DNA of 26,318 nt from the IMG/VR virus record IMGVR_UViG_3300020460_000048, positions 1 through 26,318 of that record; one strand, written 5' to 3'. Positions within the stretch are counted from its first letter, which is position 1; each line of letters begins with the position of its first letter. The position numbers were made by a program, and so were the translations under genes. Below are positions 17,397 to 26,291 of this stretch, in pieces. The notes beneath the pieces are model-generated. The model saw nothing but the letters and a program-made list of their open reading frames with translations, searched no databases and was not told the DNA's origin. The DNA comes from a virus (lineage: Duplodnaviria; Caudoviricetes).

Positions 17397-19986
17397 AGTA
17401 TCCATAAGGACTTGGTGATGGACTTGGTGATGGACTTGGTGATGGACTTGGTGATGGTGATGGACTTGGTGATGGACTTGGTGATGGACTTGGTGATGGA
17501 CTTGGTGATGGACTTGGTGATGGTGATGGTGATGGACTTGGTGATGGACTTGGTGATGGACTTGGTGATGGTGATGGTGATGGACTTGGTGATGAGATTG
17601 GTGAAGGTGAACTGTAACTTATCATTCCACCTCCTGAGTCAGGTGTCATATTTGTTGTATCTGACGCAACATCAGTAGATGTAACAGACGGACTATATTC
17701 AATTTGAGGAGAAGAAATAGTGGTTATAGTTGATACTGTTGACATCATTACTCTATTTGTCCTACTCTCTTGAGGAGTATCATAAATTATAAAGTCACTA
17801 TCACTATGTGTAGCTCCAGTCATTTTTATACCATTTCTCATGACGTGGAAAGGTCCATAATATGGATCACCATTCACAAATCCAACAATACCATCACGAG
17901 GTGAAATACAATCAATAACTTGTTTTATCTCTCCTTGATAACTTGGTCTTGGAGTAATTTGACCTGCTAAGATTGCACCAAATCCAGTTTGACTTTGCAC
18001 TGATAATATTGGTAATTCAGTTACTTCCTTTACATTATTTACTTCAGGATTAGGAGGTATAACATTTATTATTCTTCCATTTTCATCTAAAATTTTATCA
18101 TAGACATTTCCCTGTTCATCAGTTATCACATCTTCATTTTTATAACCCTCACCAGGATTTACTACAACTACGTGATCAACAGTGTAAGTTTCATTATCAG
18201 TTTCTACGACGGGATAATTTTCTCCTCCACTTACCACATATATGTCAGTGACTTGTTGGTAAGTTGGTGAGGATGGATCATAATCTATCACAGCTTTTGC
18301 AACTGCACCGTAACCTTGTTGACAAGTATCAACTATATCGACAAATGGAGTTGATGAATAATTATTTCCACTATTAGTCATTTTAACCCCTAACAAACTA
18401 CCAGTTTGTTCAGCAAAAGCATCTCCTACAAGAGCACCAATTATTGCTTGTCCAGTAGCTCCTTCACCACCGCCACCAAATATTTTTATTTCAATACCAG
18501 AACAATCTAGAGGTGGTCCTGTATAGCAAGCACCTAAAGCACTTTTAAATCCTGGTTCATTACTTGCAGTGCCCATAAAATCAAAAGCACCCAATCCAGG
18601 TATACTTACACCAGAGAGTAAATTACCAGCAATTCCACCTGGTGCAGCAGCTGCCTCTGCTAAAGACTCTGCTGCATTTGCCACACCTAACAATTTATTT
18701 GCTAATCCACTTATTGGCATTGATACATTCTTAGGACCTTTTCCAACAGTCCATTGATTTGTTTTTGAACCTAACTCAGATGCTGCTGTAGGTAAATCAC
18801 ACTCCACGACTTGTGCAATACCAAATAATCCATCTGCCTTTTCCCTTAACATACTTGCAATGTCACCAGGAAATATATCACCTAAATCACCCATCAAAGG
18901 TGCGAGTGCATCATTTATACTTCCAATTATACTATTTAAAATACCAGACGTAAATTGATCTGCTATGCAAGGTGTAAAGTTGGAAACATTTGATAAGAAT
19001 GGTGCTAGTAAATTAGCGATATTTCCTTCTAATTTATCTGTAACATTTTTCATAGCACAAGGAATAAAACTTTCAATACCCTTGATAGATGGAACTTTTG
19101 CTATTTGAGCTGCTTGTGCTGCTTTCTTAGCTAAAGCTGGATCTAAAGTTTCTTCTAAAACTCTACTATATTCAGATTTGTATAGTTTGTGTAATCCTTC
19201 ATTTAACTTTGGTGCCATACCATCGAATGTTGATGTCACCATAGCCGATGACATACTAGTTGCAGAAGCAGCTATATCTTTTGACGCTTCACTTAGTATT
19301 TTAAATTTTTGTTGAGAAGTTGCACCCTGAAAATCTTTCATTGTATTTTCAAGTTTTGAACTTATCTTGTTAACTGCTGATCTAGCACCACCAGTATCTC
19401 CAGCAGTAATCGTTGTACCTATGACACTACTAGCAACTCTTGTAACTTCACCTGTCATTTCTTCTATCTTTTTCGCAGTTTTTGTATCTACCTGTCGATT
19501 AGTTGGACTTGAAGAACTATTTTGATCTCCTGCTTCATTTTGCTGGATATTATCATTCGGTTTTACTTTACTCGTATATCCTGTATATGGAGCAAATGGT
19601 TCGGAATATTGTTTATTCTTTGTTAATTCTTTATTTACTGAAGTTTTAGGAAAAACTCCCAATATAACTGGTTGCTGTGCATTATCACCATCAAGGAAAA
19701 ATCCAAGCACATTATCACCAGGTGATATTCTTGTGGGTTTACTTCTACCAGCAGCTCCAGATCCTGCTTCAGGTGATACTAATACTTGTGCCCAAGGTAA
19801 CTCTTCATTCTTTAATTCTATTTCATCATCAGGATGATATCCTAGAATTCTAACTTTAAATCTATTTCCCCATCCTCCTCCATCAATTTGTGATGCTTGG
19901 ACTTCTTCAGGAGCTATTTGACCAATCCACCATTTAAATCCATCTCTTCCTAAAAAATTACTTTGTATTAAGTTATTTTCAATCAT
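17395..19986 (-). CDS. gp5: Baseplate hub/central spike protein gp5 (OB-fold N-terminus, no lysozyme domain evident, (SP)31 tail)
   Basis: FLGRDGFKWWIGQI, RFKVRILGYH, LPWAQV and GDNVLGFFLDGDNAQQPVILG form the gp5 N-terminal OB-fold signature. Confidence 0.85.
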   Translation of the reverse strand: MIENNLIQSNFLGRDGFKWWIGQIAPEEVQASQIDGGGWGNRFKVRILGYHPDDEIELKNEELPWAQVLVSPEAGSGAAGRSKPTRISPGDNVLGFFLDGDNAQQPVILGVFPKTSVNKELTKNKQYSEPFAPYTGYTSKVKPNDNIQQNEAGDQNSSSSPTNRQVDTKTAKKIEEMTGEVTRVASSVIGTTITAGDTGGARSAVNKISSKLENTMKDFQGATSQQKFKILSEASKDIAASATSMSSAMVTSTFDGMAPKLNEGLHKLYKSEYSRVLEETLDPALAKKAAQAAQIAKVPSIKGIESFIPCAMKNVTDKLEGNIANLLAPFLSNVSNFTPCIADQFTSGILNSIIGSINDALAPLMGDLGDIFPGDIASMLREKADGLFGIAQVVECDLPTAASELGSKTNQWTVGKGPKNVSMPISGLANKLLGVANAAESLAEAAAAPGGIAGNLLSGVSIPGLGAFDFMGTASNEPGFKSALGACYTGPPLDCSGIEIKIFGGGGEGATGQAIIGALVGDAFAEQTGSLLGVKMTNSGNNYSSTPFVDIVDTCQQGYGAVAKAVIDYDPSSPTYQQVTDIYVVSGGENYPVVETDNETYTVDHVVVVNPGEGYKNEDVITDEQGNVYDKILDENGRIINVIPPNPEVNNVKEVTELPILSVQSQTGFGAILAGQITPRPSYQGEIKQVIDCISPRDGIVGFVNGDPYYGPFHVMRNGIKMTGATHSDSDFIIYDTPQESRTNRVMMSTVSTITTISSPQIEYSPSVTSTDVASDTTNMTPDSGGGMISYSSPSPISSPSPSPSPSPSPSPSPSPSPSPSPSPSPSPSPSPSPSPSPSPSPSPSPSPSPSPSPSPSPSPYGY
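17407..17592 (-). repeat. Coding tandem repeat of 31 six-base units (AGTCCA/TCACCA, last unit AGTCCT) encoding (Ser-Pro)31
   Basis: Counted directly as 186 nt. It is mostly a 12-bp period (tggacttggtga) interrupted by extra tggtga units. Confidence 0.97.
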
Positions 19987-21296
19987 GTTGCTTTCCTCCC
20001 ATCTGTATCTCTCACAACCTGTAATTTTGTATATGAACCCTTTGAATCAAAATAATGAGTTAATTTTTTAATCATATACAATCCACTTTGATGTTGATCT
20101 GCCTCTTTCCTTTTTTCCACATCTATTCTTGGAAACTCACAATTAATTATATCACCAGCAAACAAGTTACTATTCAATGGGATAGTCATTGTTAATATTT
20201 GTGTAAAAAGGGTATTATATCTCATCATTGATTGAGAATGTATTTTTGCAGGGTCTGCATTTTCATTAATTGAAGCCTCTGATTCAGTTGTTCCAATATC
20301 AAGAATACCAGTAATATATCGACTTGGAACTGAAGCAAGAGTTCTAACATCACCTTGAGATAATTGTGGCAGAACAATATCAAAATCAGCACCTAGATTT
20401 TCAACCTTACCAGTATAATCGTCTAATTTAAATATTTTTTGAGTTTTAGGTGTGTAAGAAAGTGTTAGAGGATTAAAATATGTTCTATGACTACAAAAGG
20501 CACCTCTTTCAAGATTTTCTAATAAATTTTGATTTCTTGAAGTCGTCATATCTAATATAGTGAAGTCCTTAGTCGTATCATCCGTGTTTACCACACCAGG
20601 TGCGTAAGAATATTTTTGGTGAAAAGGTTCAGTTCTTATCAAGGAATCAATAGATTTAAATCTAAATCCCTCTTGTGTTTCAAAAAAGAAATATCCTGCT
20701 GTCGCATCTTTTCCAGACACATTGCCAGGCACTGATTTTGATGCAAGCATTGTAAGAACTGTGAATGGTTTTCTCATATTACCAATAAAACCGTATGGGT
20801 TTTGTGTTTCATCAACATCATATAATTTATCACTACTTAAATAATTTTCACAAATCTCTTGCACACTATCAGATATTTTCTGTGAAGCGGGAAATCGTTT
20901 TCCTACTCTGATTGTTTCATTTGTTATAGCCTCTCTGGATATTAAATTCAAAGTAAACATTTCTCTTCCAGAGTCAATTAACACATTTGATATAGAACCA
21001 ACATAAAAATCATCAAATTCTAAACCTTTATTATCTTGTGAATTACCAGCGATTTTTATTTCCATTCTTTCTCCACCCCGAAGAGGGAGACCATTGTATA
21101 TTGATTGTAACTTACCATCTTCTCCTTTTATAACATTTCCAGTTGTTGCAACCAATACCATAGCAGTTTTCATCGGAGAAAATAAATCCTCATAGTAATT
21201 GAAACTAACAACACCAGTTGATATATCAACTGTTTTTGAACCATCAACAGATATAATTGTAAATTTTTCGTATTGTGAACTATCTACTGCAGCCAT
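19983..21296 (-). CDS. Baseplate hub protein (gp27/gpD-like)
   Basis: It sits between the tape-measure-like genes and gp5. Motifs YYEDLFSP, FFFETQEGFRFKSIDSL and LFAGDII...SGLYMIKKLTH...TKLQVVRD. Confidence 0.65.
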   Translation of the reverse strand: MAAVDSSQYEKFTIISVDGSKTVDISTGVVSFNYYEDLFSPMKTAMVLVATTGNVIKGEDGKLQSIYNGLPLRGGERMEIKIAGNSQDNKGLEFDDFYVGSISNVLIDSGREMFTLNLISREAITNETIRVGKRFPASQKISDSVQEICENYLSSDKLYDVDETQNPYGFIGNMRKPFTVLTMLASKSVPGNVSGKDATAGYFFFETQEGFRFKSIDSLIRTEPFHQKYSYAPGVVNTDDTTKDFTILDMTTSRNQNLLENLERGAFCSHRTYFNPLTLSYTPKTQKIFKLDDYTGKVENLGADFDIVLPQLSQGDVRTLASVPSRYITGILDIGTTESEASINENADPAKIHSQSMMRYNTLFTQILTMTIPLNSNLFAGDIINCEFPRIDVEKRKEADQHQSGLYMIKKLTHYFDSKGSYTKLQVVRDTDGRKAT

Positions 21297-22753
21297 TATG
21301 TGTACTTAAGAGTGGATGTGCTTTGCATTTTCATAAGTAATTTTTCATCAGAAACTTGATTGCTAATATCCGTAGGTGCTTTTGATTTTGGCATACTTAC
21401 AGATGAACTCGCAACATTTACAGGTTTTTCTATAATCATTACCTTATTTTTTGATTTTCTATCTGTTTTAATATTTACTTCCTTTTTAGATGGAGATACA
21501 AGAGATGATAAATTTACCTTTCTAGAACCATCTTTACCACCTTCAAAATCAGGGTCATATTGATTGACGGGTTCAAGAGTTGTGGTTTTTGGTGTGACAT
21601 TCTGATTTATATTTGCAACGCTGGTAGGTGTTCCTAAAAATGATGATTTTCCTGAAGTTACTGGTTTATTCTGACTTATACTCTCAACATTACTAGGTGC
21701 TCCAGAAAATGATGATTTATCTGTAGTAGTAGAAGTAGTTTTCTTCTGACTTTCTTCTTTAACCTTTTTTTGTTTTTCTTTTAAAACATCTCTTGGGTCT
21801 TCTACATCAGTATCACCACCACCTCCACCACTCATACCTGCACTTGGTAAGGGAGGGGTGTTATCAGTTTCAGTTAATGAATCTTCCAATAATTTTTTTG
21901 AAGAATCAATATCATCTGCTTCACCTTTTACTACTTCTTTCTCAGGTTCTTTTTTTATTTCTTTCTCTGTGTCTTGAGCAAACTCATTCAATTTTTCCTT
22001 AACGACGGGTGTTTCTGATAATTTTGCCTGACCCTCGCTATCTGTCTCTACACCCTCACCTCTTGATTGTTGTTTTTCTTCTTCCTCACCAACAGCAAAA
22101 CCTGGTGGTTCTGGTAATCCAAATTGATCTGCTTCTTGAAAGGCTTGTCCTTCTTGAATCAACTCTTTTTGAGCACTCATCAATCCCTGTGTAGCTTTAT
22201 CCATTCCCTCTTCAATATCTTTCTTGTCCTTCAAGAAATCAAATTTTAAAACATTTGATAATGTCTCTCTTATTACAGTTCCAATCCCCATAACTACATT
22301 CTTAACACTTTCAATAAAAAATCCTAATATACCAGTTACAGTCGATATTTTTTTAATCAATGACTGTATACCAGAAATTATTTTTGGAAGATTGTTTACT
22401 GCCCATCCTATTAGTAATATTCCAAGAAAATCTAACATTCTTCCTAGAAATCCCCTAGTGCTTTTCGCTAATATAGTACCTTGAGTTTTAGGTACTCCCT
22501 GAACGGATGATGCTTCTAACTCATCTTCTCTTGCTTTTCTTCTTACATTCTCTTGTCTTCTTCTAAAAAATAAATTATCCTTACGAACAAGATTTCTCTT
22601 GAAAATATTACTCTCCCTTGTTGATTTTATAATTTCATCAGAATTTTTTCTTGCTGATCTTATACCTTCAGAAAATTTTTGAAATGAATCATTTATTGAT
22701 CTAATACTAATAGATGACTTAAATAATGAATCTCTTCTTCTTTGTATTGTCAT
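21296..22753 (-). CDS. Tape-measure-like protein, paralog 2
   Basis: Coiled-coil N-terminus, hydrophobic RMLDFLGILLIGWAVNN segment and a long low-complexity tail; located between gp51 and the hub. Confidence 0.5.
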   Translation of the reverse strand: MTIQRRRDSLFKSSISIRSINDSFQKFSEGIRSARKNSDEIIKSTRESNIFKRNLVRKDNLFFRRRQENVRRKAREDELEASSVQGVPKTQGTILAKSTRGFLGRMLDFLGILLIGWAVNNLPKIISGIQSLIKKISTVTGILGFFIESVKNVVMGIGTVIRETLSNVLKFDFLKDKKDIEEGMDKATQGLMSAQKELIQEGQAFQEADQFGLPEPPGFAVGEEEEKQQSRGEGVETDSEGQAKLSETPVVKEKLNEFAQDTEKEIKKEPEKEVVKGEADDIDSSKKLLEDSLTETDNTPPLPSAGMSGGGGGDTDVEDPRDVLKEKQKKVKEESQKKTTSTTTDKSSFSGAPSNVESISQNKPVTSGKSSFLGTPTSVANINQNVTPKTTTLEPVNQYDPDFEGGKDGSRKVNLSSLVSPSKKEVNIKTDRKSKNKVMIIEKPVNVASSSVSMPKSKAPTDISNQVSDEKLLMKMQSTSTLKYT

Positions 22754-24453
22754 TATGCATTAGCTCCATAAGTAGATGTTGCAAACATTGTATGTGGATT
22801 GTTATTATCGAACCCAATTGTTGGAACAGTATTTGTTGGTTCACTACTTCCACTCGCACCACCTGTGCCACCCGATTGAGTAGGTTGATTCATCATTGGA
22901 AAATTAATAATTTCAGGTTCACCTTCGTCTATATTTGAAATATTTTCAGCTACATTATTCACTGCCATTTTATTGACAGGAGTTATTGATTTATCAACCA
23001 TTCCACCTTTATTCAACGCTTCAAAGTAACTGGCACCAATTCTATCAGTTGTTTCTCTTGTCATAACAAATTCACCAGGTGTTAGCATTGCTGGTACTAC
23101 ATCTTTATTAATTTTAGGTCCAAACACTCTACCACCCAAGTTCATATTAACTGTTCTGACTGTTGTTTCATCACCTAATTGAGCAGTAGCTGGTTCTATA
23201 TTCTCTTCCTCTTCCTCATCTTTACCCACTTTAAAACCAAACATTGATTTGATTCCATTTAGTATACCTTTAAACATACCAGGTCCCATAAACGCTCCTA
23301 ATATTCCACCTATCAGAGCACCTGGACCTGCACCAACACCACCAAAAAATGCTCCAATTTTTGCACCAACTAATGCACCATACTTCATACCAGCAGCAAA
23401 TCCAGCAGCACCTGCGAGTGCTTGATCAAAAGATTCACCAAAAATTAAAAAATCTACTAAAAATGATGTAATAAAATTACCTTTCATCCCCTTGAGAGGT
23501 AATGCTACTTTTTGTAAAAATCCTCTAAATCCTGTTGCAGCTACAGTTTTTGTTCCTTCCTTTGCTGCTGTTGCACCCACTGCTTGTGTTGCTCCTTGAA
23601 CAGACTTTATGCCAAATAAACCTTTTACAAAGTTTTTGAATTGATCAAAGAATAGTGCAATAGTTCCACCAATACCAACACCTAACCCAACGTCTACACC
23701 CTTATTACCTGTAGAGGGAACCAAACCTCCAAGTGCAAGTACTAACGCACCAGTCCTTAGACCTCTCGCAATTGATCTAAATGGTCTCGCTAATAGTCCC
23801 CCTTGACCTAATCTAAGAGCTGATGATCCGAGAAAACCAACTCCTCTCAATATATTTCTAAAACCTATACTTAGTGCTAAAAGTGTACCCGCACCAACAG
23901 CTAAAGCTCTCGTGAGAGTCGTCTTTAATTGATTTAATAATTCTATGTTACCATCTGCACTCGCTCTTATCAAATTAATAAAAGTATTTGTTAACCAACC
24001 TCCTGTCAATATAAGGAAGAAATTAGCCAATCTTGATAATCCGAACTGTGTCTTTTGTGCTAATCTACGAACTGGAAAAGTAAGTGCTGATTGAATACGT
24101 GATTCTATTTGACTCTCTTTTCCCTCTCTTAATCCTTGCTCTGCTAATATTGCTTCACGATTTTGTTTTGCTGCTTCTCTTTGTCTTTCTAATTGATCTG
24201 ATAATGCTAAATTATCCTTTATCGCCAACAGAGATCCATTTAACCCTGATACTTGTGCTGATATATTACCAAGTTGTGATGAAACATTCTGTAATGATTG
24301 AGAATTTTGTTGTAAAAGATTAGTTGTGATGGTATCTGGTTGTGCCTGAACATTTTGACGACCACCACCAGCAAAGACACTAGAAGATACACTTCTTCTA
24401 ATACCTCTTAAACCTCCTGCGAGTGGCGATGCTAATCCTTGTTCTTCATCCAT
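22753..24453 (-). CDS. Tape-measure-like protein, paralog 1
   Basis: Coiled coil, Ala/Gly-rich hydrophobic helices (GALVGAKIGAFFGGVGAGPGALIGGILG) and a GG...DVVPAMLTPGEFVM motif common in tape measures; directly follows gp51. Confidence 0.6.
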   Translation of the reverse strand: MDEEQGLASPLAGGLRGIRRSVSSSVFAGGGRQNVQAQPDTITTNLLQQNSQSLQNVSSQLGNISAQVSGLNGSLLAIKDNLALSDQLERQREAAKQNREAILAEQGLREGKESQIESRIQSALTFPVRRLAQKTQFGLSRLANFFLILTGGWLTNTFINLIRASADGNIELLNQLKTTLTRALAVGAGTLLALSIGFRNILRGVGFLGSSALRLGQGGLLARPFRSIARGLRTGALVLALGGLVPSTGNKGVDVGLGVGIGGTIALFFDQFKNFVKGLFGIKSVQGATQAVGATAAKEGTKTVAATGFRGFLQKVALPLKGMKGNFITSFLVDFLIFGESFDQALAGAAGFAAGMKYGALVGAKIGAFFGGVGAGPGALIGGILGAFMGPGMFKGILNGIKSMFGFKVGKDEEEEENIEPATAQLGDETTVRTVNMNLGGRVFGPKINKDVVPAMLTPGEFVMTRETTDRIGASYFEALNKGGMVDKSITPVNKMAVNNVAENISNIDEGEPEIINFPMMNQPTQSGGTGGASGSSEPTNTVPTIGFDNNNPHTMFATSTYGANA

Positions 24454-24641
24454 TAAACACTATTCCTTTCTTGTTGTGCTTTGAGATTTTCCTCTTCAAC
24501 ATATTGTTGTAAAAGTGAAACATAAATTTCTCTTTCCCAAGGCATCATGTTTTCTAACTCTGTTAAGCTATATTTATGGTGCTGCATCAAAGCAAAATTT
24601 AATTTAAAGTATGACGCAAGATCTTCGTGTGCCATACTCAC
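24453..24641 (-). CDS. gp51: Baseplate hub assembly protein gp51-like (possibly the frameshift extension of gp26)
   Basis: YFKLNFALMQHHKYSLTELENMMPWEREIYVSLL is the small conserved ORF that follows gp26 in T4-like marine phages. Confidence 0.8.
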   Translation of the reverse strand: MSMAHEDLASYFKLNFALMQHHKYSLTELENMMPWEREIYVSLLQQYVEEENLKAQQERNSV

Positions 24642-24664
24642 CCGAAAAAATTCTGTAGCCCCTC
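24607..24664 (-). promoter_or_regulatory. Candidate programmed -1 ribosomal frameshift signal
   Basis: SD-like GAGGGG (24664-24659), slippery T TTT TTC (24650-24644) and a downstream hairpin GAGTATGGC/GTCATACTT (24639-24607). Confidence 0.6.
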
Positions 24665-25357
24665 TAATACAATTTCACATTCCTTTTCAGTGTTAGGATT
24701 TATTACTTTCACAGTATGTGATAATTTTGGCATAGTCTCAAAGAACTTTTCAATCATTTTAAATTGTTTTGAATCAAGTTGTTCTAAAAACTCAGTAAGT
24801 TCTTTCTTCGTACAGTCTGCAGCAGTCCACGATTCTTCCTCTGAGTACACTTGTTCGATGCAAGATGCAACTAAATCAAATGTATCATCAACATTCATAT
24901 CTGCAGCAGATGCAAAATTATTCTTTATGAACTCATTAAGTGATGGGTACCTCATTCTGAGAGTAAATTGATCATCAAGTTTGATGTCTTTTTCATGTTC
25001 ATCACTTCTTTGTATTTTAATAGTATCAATGTTAATTAGAGTAGGAACTTGTGTTTTCCCATCATCAGGGCAAGTTACCATAACTTCAATATCTTCTCCG
25101 ACAGATTTACCACGTATATTTAAAAACAAATATTCAATATCAAATGTTGATAATTTATCAACTTTAATACCTCTTGTTAAAATACAATTTGTGATAACGT
25201 TTTTGACTGCATTTGCAATCTGTTTTGTATCTTGAGATTCCATTGCAAGAATTAGAATCTTCTCCTCTTTAACTAAAAAAGGTCTAAACTTAATTTTTCT
25301 ATCTGACGAAGGTAACACCAACTCATATGTTGGTGTTGCAATTTTTGGTAAAGGCAT
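24638..25357 (-). CDS. gp26: Baseplate hub subunit / assembly chaperone gp26
   Basis: MPLPKIATPTYELVLPS, FRPFLVKEEKIL, FDIEYLFLNIRGKSVGE, FFETMPKL and LEGLQNFF. Confidence 0.92.
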   Translation of the reverse strand: MPLPKIATPTYELVLPSSDRKIKFRPFLVKEEKILILAMESQDTKQIANAVKNVITNCILTRGIKVDKLSTFDIEYLFLNIRGKSVGEDIEVMVTCPDDGKTQVPTLINIDTIKIQRSDEHEKDIKLDDQFTLRMRYPSLNEFIKNNFASAADMNVDDTFDLVASCIEQVYSEEESWTAADCTKKELTEFLEQLDSKQFKMIEKFFETMPKLSHTVKVINPNTEKECEIVLEGLQNFFG

Positions 25358-25382
25358 AATAATTACAGCACTTCAGTAAAAT

Positions 25383-25390
25383 TATTTATA
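25383..25390 (-). promoter_or_regulatory. T4 late promoter TATAAATA upstream of gp26
   Basis: Exact consensus (plus-strand tatttata), 25 nt upstream of the ATG at 25357. Confidence 0.85.
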
Positions 25391-25418
25391 GTGGTTTTGT
25401 AAACTTATTATAACAATA

Positions 25419-26261
25419 TTATGGTGTTATTCCTGGTGTACCAAAGTTAACTCCTATTGGAAGTTGATTTATTCTTGTTCCCAGTCTATCTCTTACAAGT
25501 GATGAGTATGAACCAGAATTATTATCTACGTTAAGATATTTAAATGCAGATTGACGAGCAATAGCATTTAAAGTATCATCTTTAATACCAAACCCATCTC
25601 TATTTGGATTTCCTCTTCCAAATCCTAAATCGTTGAAAGCTCTTTTTAAATCCCTAGCTAATGATGAAGACTCACCTGAAATATACCTATCATAACTGAA
25701 TGAACAAGTAGCCTTTAAAATTGTTGAATTGCCATATTGAACCCTTACGGAATTTAATGATAAAGGAAATAAACCTATAAAACGATATTCTAAGAATCTA
25801 AAGTGATCTCTTTCAAACTTTACAATTCTTGTATCGTTTGATTTATAATTTCGAGGATAATTCATTTGAAAAAAATATGTATCACTACTAGGATCTACTT
25901 GATTACCACCTGAAATATATTCCATCCAGTGCTCTAAAAACTTTATTGATTTATATTCATTATCCACATAAAATTCAAAATTTATTTGAGTAAAATTACG
26001 TGTATGAGCAAATCTTTCTACTAAACCTTGATAATCACCTGTTATATTTTGAGATGCCATAGCACTGCCAGGTAACGAAGCATTTGAACACAATAAACCT
26101 ACATTCTCTGCAATGAAACGATCATTTATACCCTTTCTTCTTAGAAATGGTCTCAATCCACTTGCTGGAAGTGCAAATCTTACAAAATAATTTGATGTCA
26201 AAGCAACATTTTGCAACTTTGGCATTATATCTGATATTCTACTTGGTCTTGGTGCTGGCAC
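25419..26261 (-). CDS. Tail-tube-fold baseplate protein (gp54-like tail tube initiator)
   Basis: LCSNASLPG, FEFYVD, FLEHWMEYI, YP..Y and FP...V.YG...ATCSFSYDRY match the gp19/gp48/gp54 fold pattern. It has a GTG start and lies between gp4 and gp26. Confidence 0.65.
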   Translation of the reverse strand: MPAPRPSRISDIMPKLQNVALTSNYFVRFALPASGLRPFLRRKGINDRFIAENVGLLCSNASLPGSAMASQNITGDYQGLVERFAHTRNFTQINFEFYVDNEYKSIKFLEHWMEYISGGNQVDPSSDTYFFQMNYPRNYKSNDTRIVKFERDHFRFLEYRFIGLFPLSLNSVRVQYGNSTILKATCSFSYDRYISGESSSLARDLKRAFNDLGFGRGNPNRDGFGIKDDTLNAIARQSAFKYLNVDNNSGSYSSLVRDRLGTRINQLPIGVNFGTPGITP

Positions 26262-26262
26262 T

Positions 26263-26269
26263 CTAAATA
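26263..26269 (+). promoter_or_regulatory. Late promoter variant CTAAATA for gp4
   Basis: ctaaata lies 22 nt upstream of the ATG at 26292. Confidence 0.6.
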
Positions 26270-26284
26270 CTTCTATAGTATAGT

Positions 26285-26291
26285 TATTTAG
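26285..26291 (-). promoter_or_regulatory. Late promoter variant CTAAATA for the gp54-like gene
   Basis: Plus-strand tatttag lies 23 nt upstream of the GTG at 26261. Confidence 0.6.

Noticed and set aside
17407-17592. Tandem repeat as a CRISPR array
   Set aside because: The 6/12-bp units have no unique spacers, there are no cas genes, and the repeat is an in-frame coding (SP)n tract.
17343-17678. Plus-strand ORF with DLVM repeats
   Set aside because: It is an antisense shadow kept open by the stop-free repeat and overlaps two well-supported genes.
1418-25235. Other short plus-strand and alternate-frame ORFs in the track (e.g. 10181-10516, 12422-12754, 15485-15961, 24627-24971)
   Set aside because: All overlap longer, motif-supported minus-strand genes and show no motifs or expression signals.
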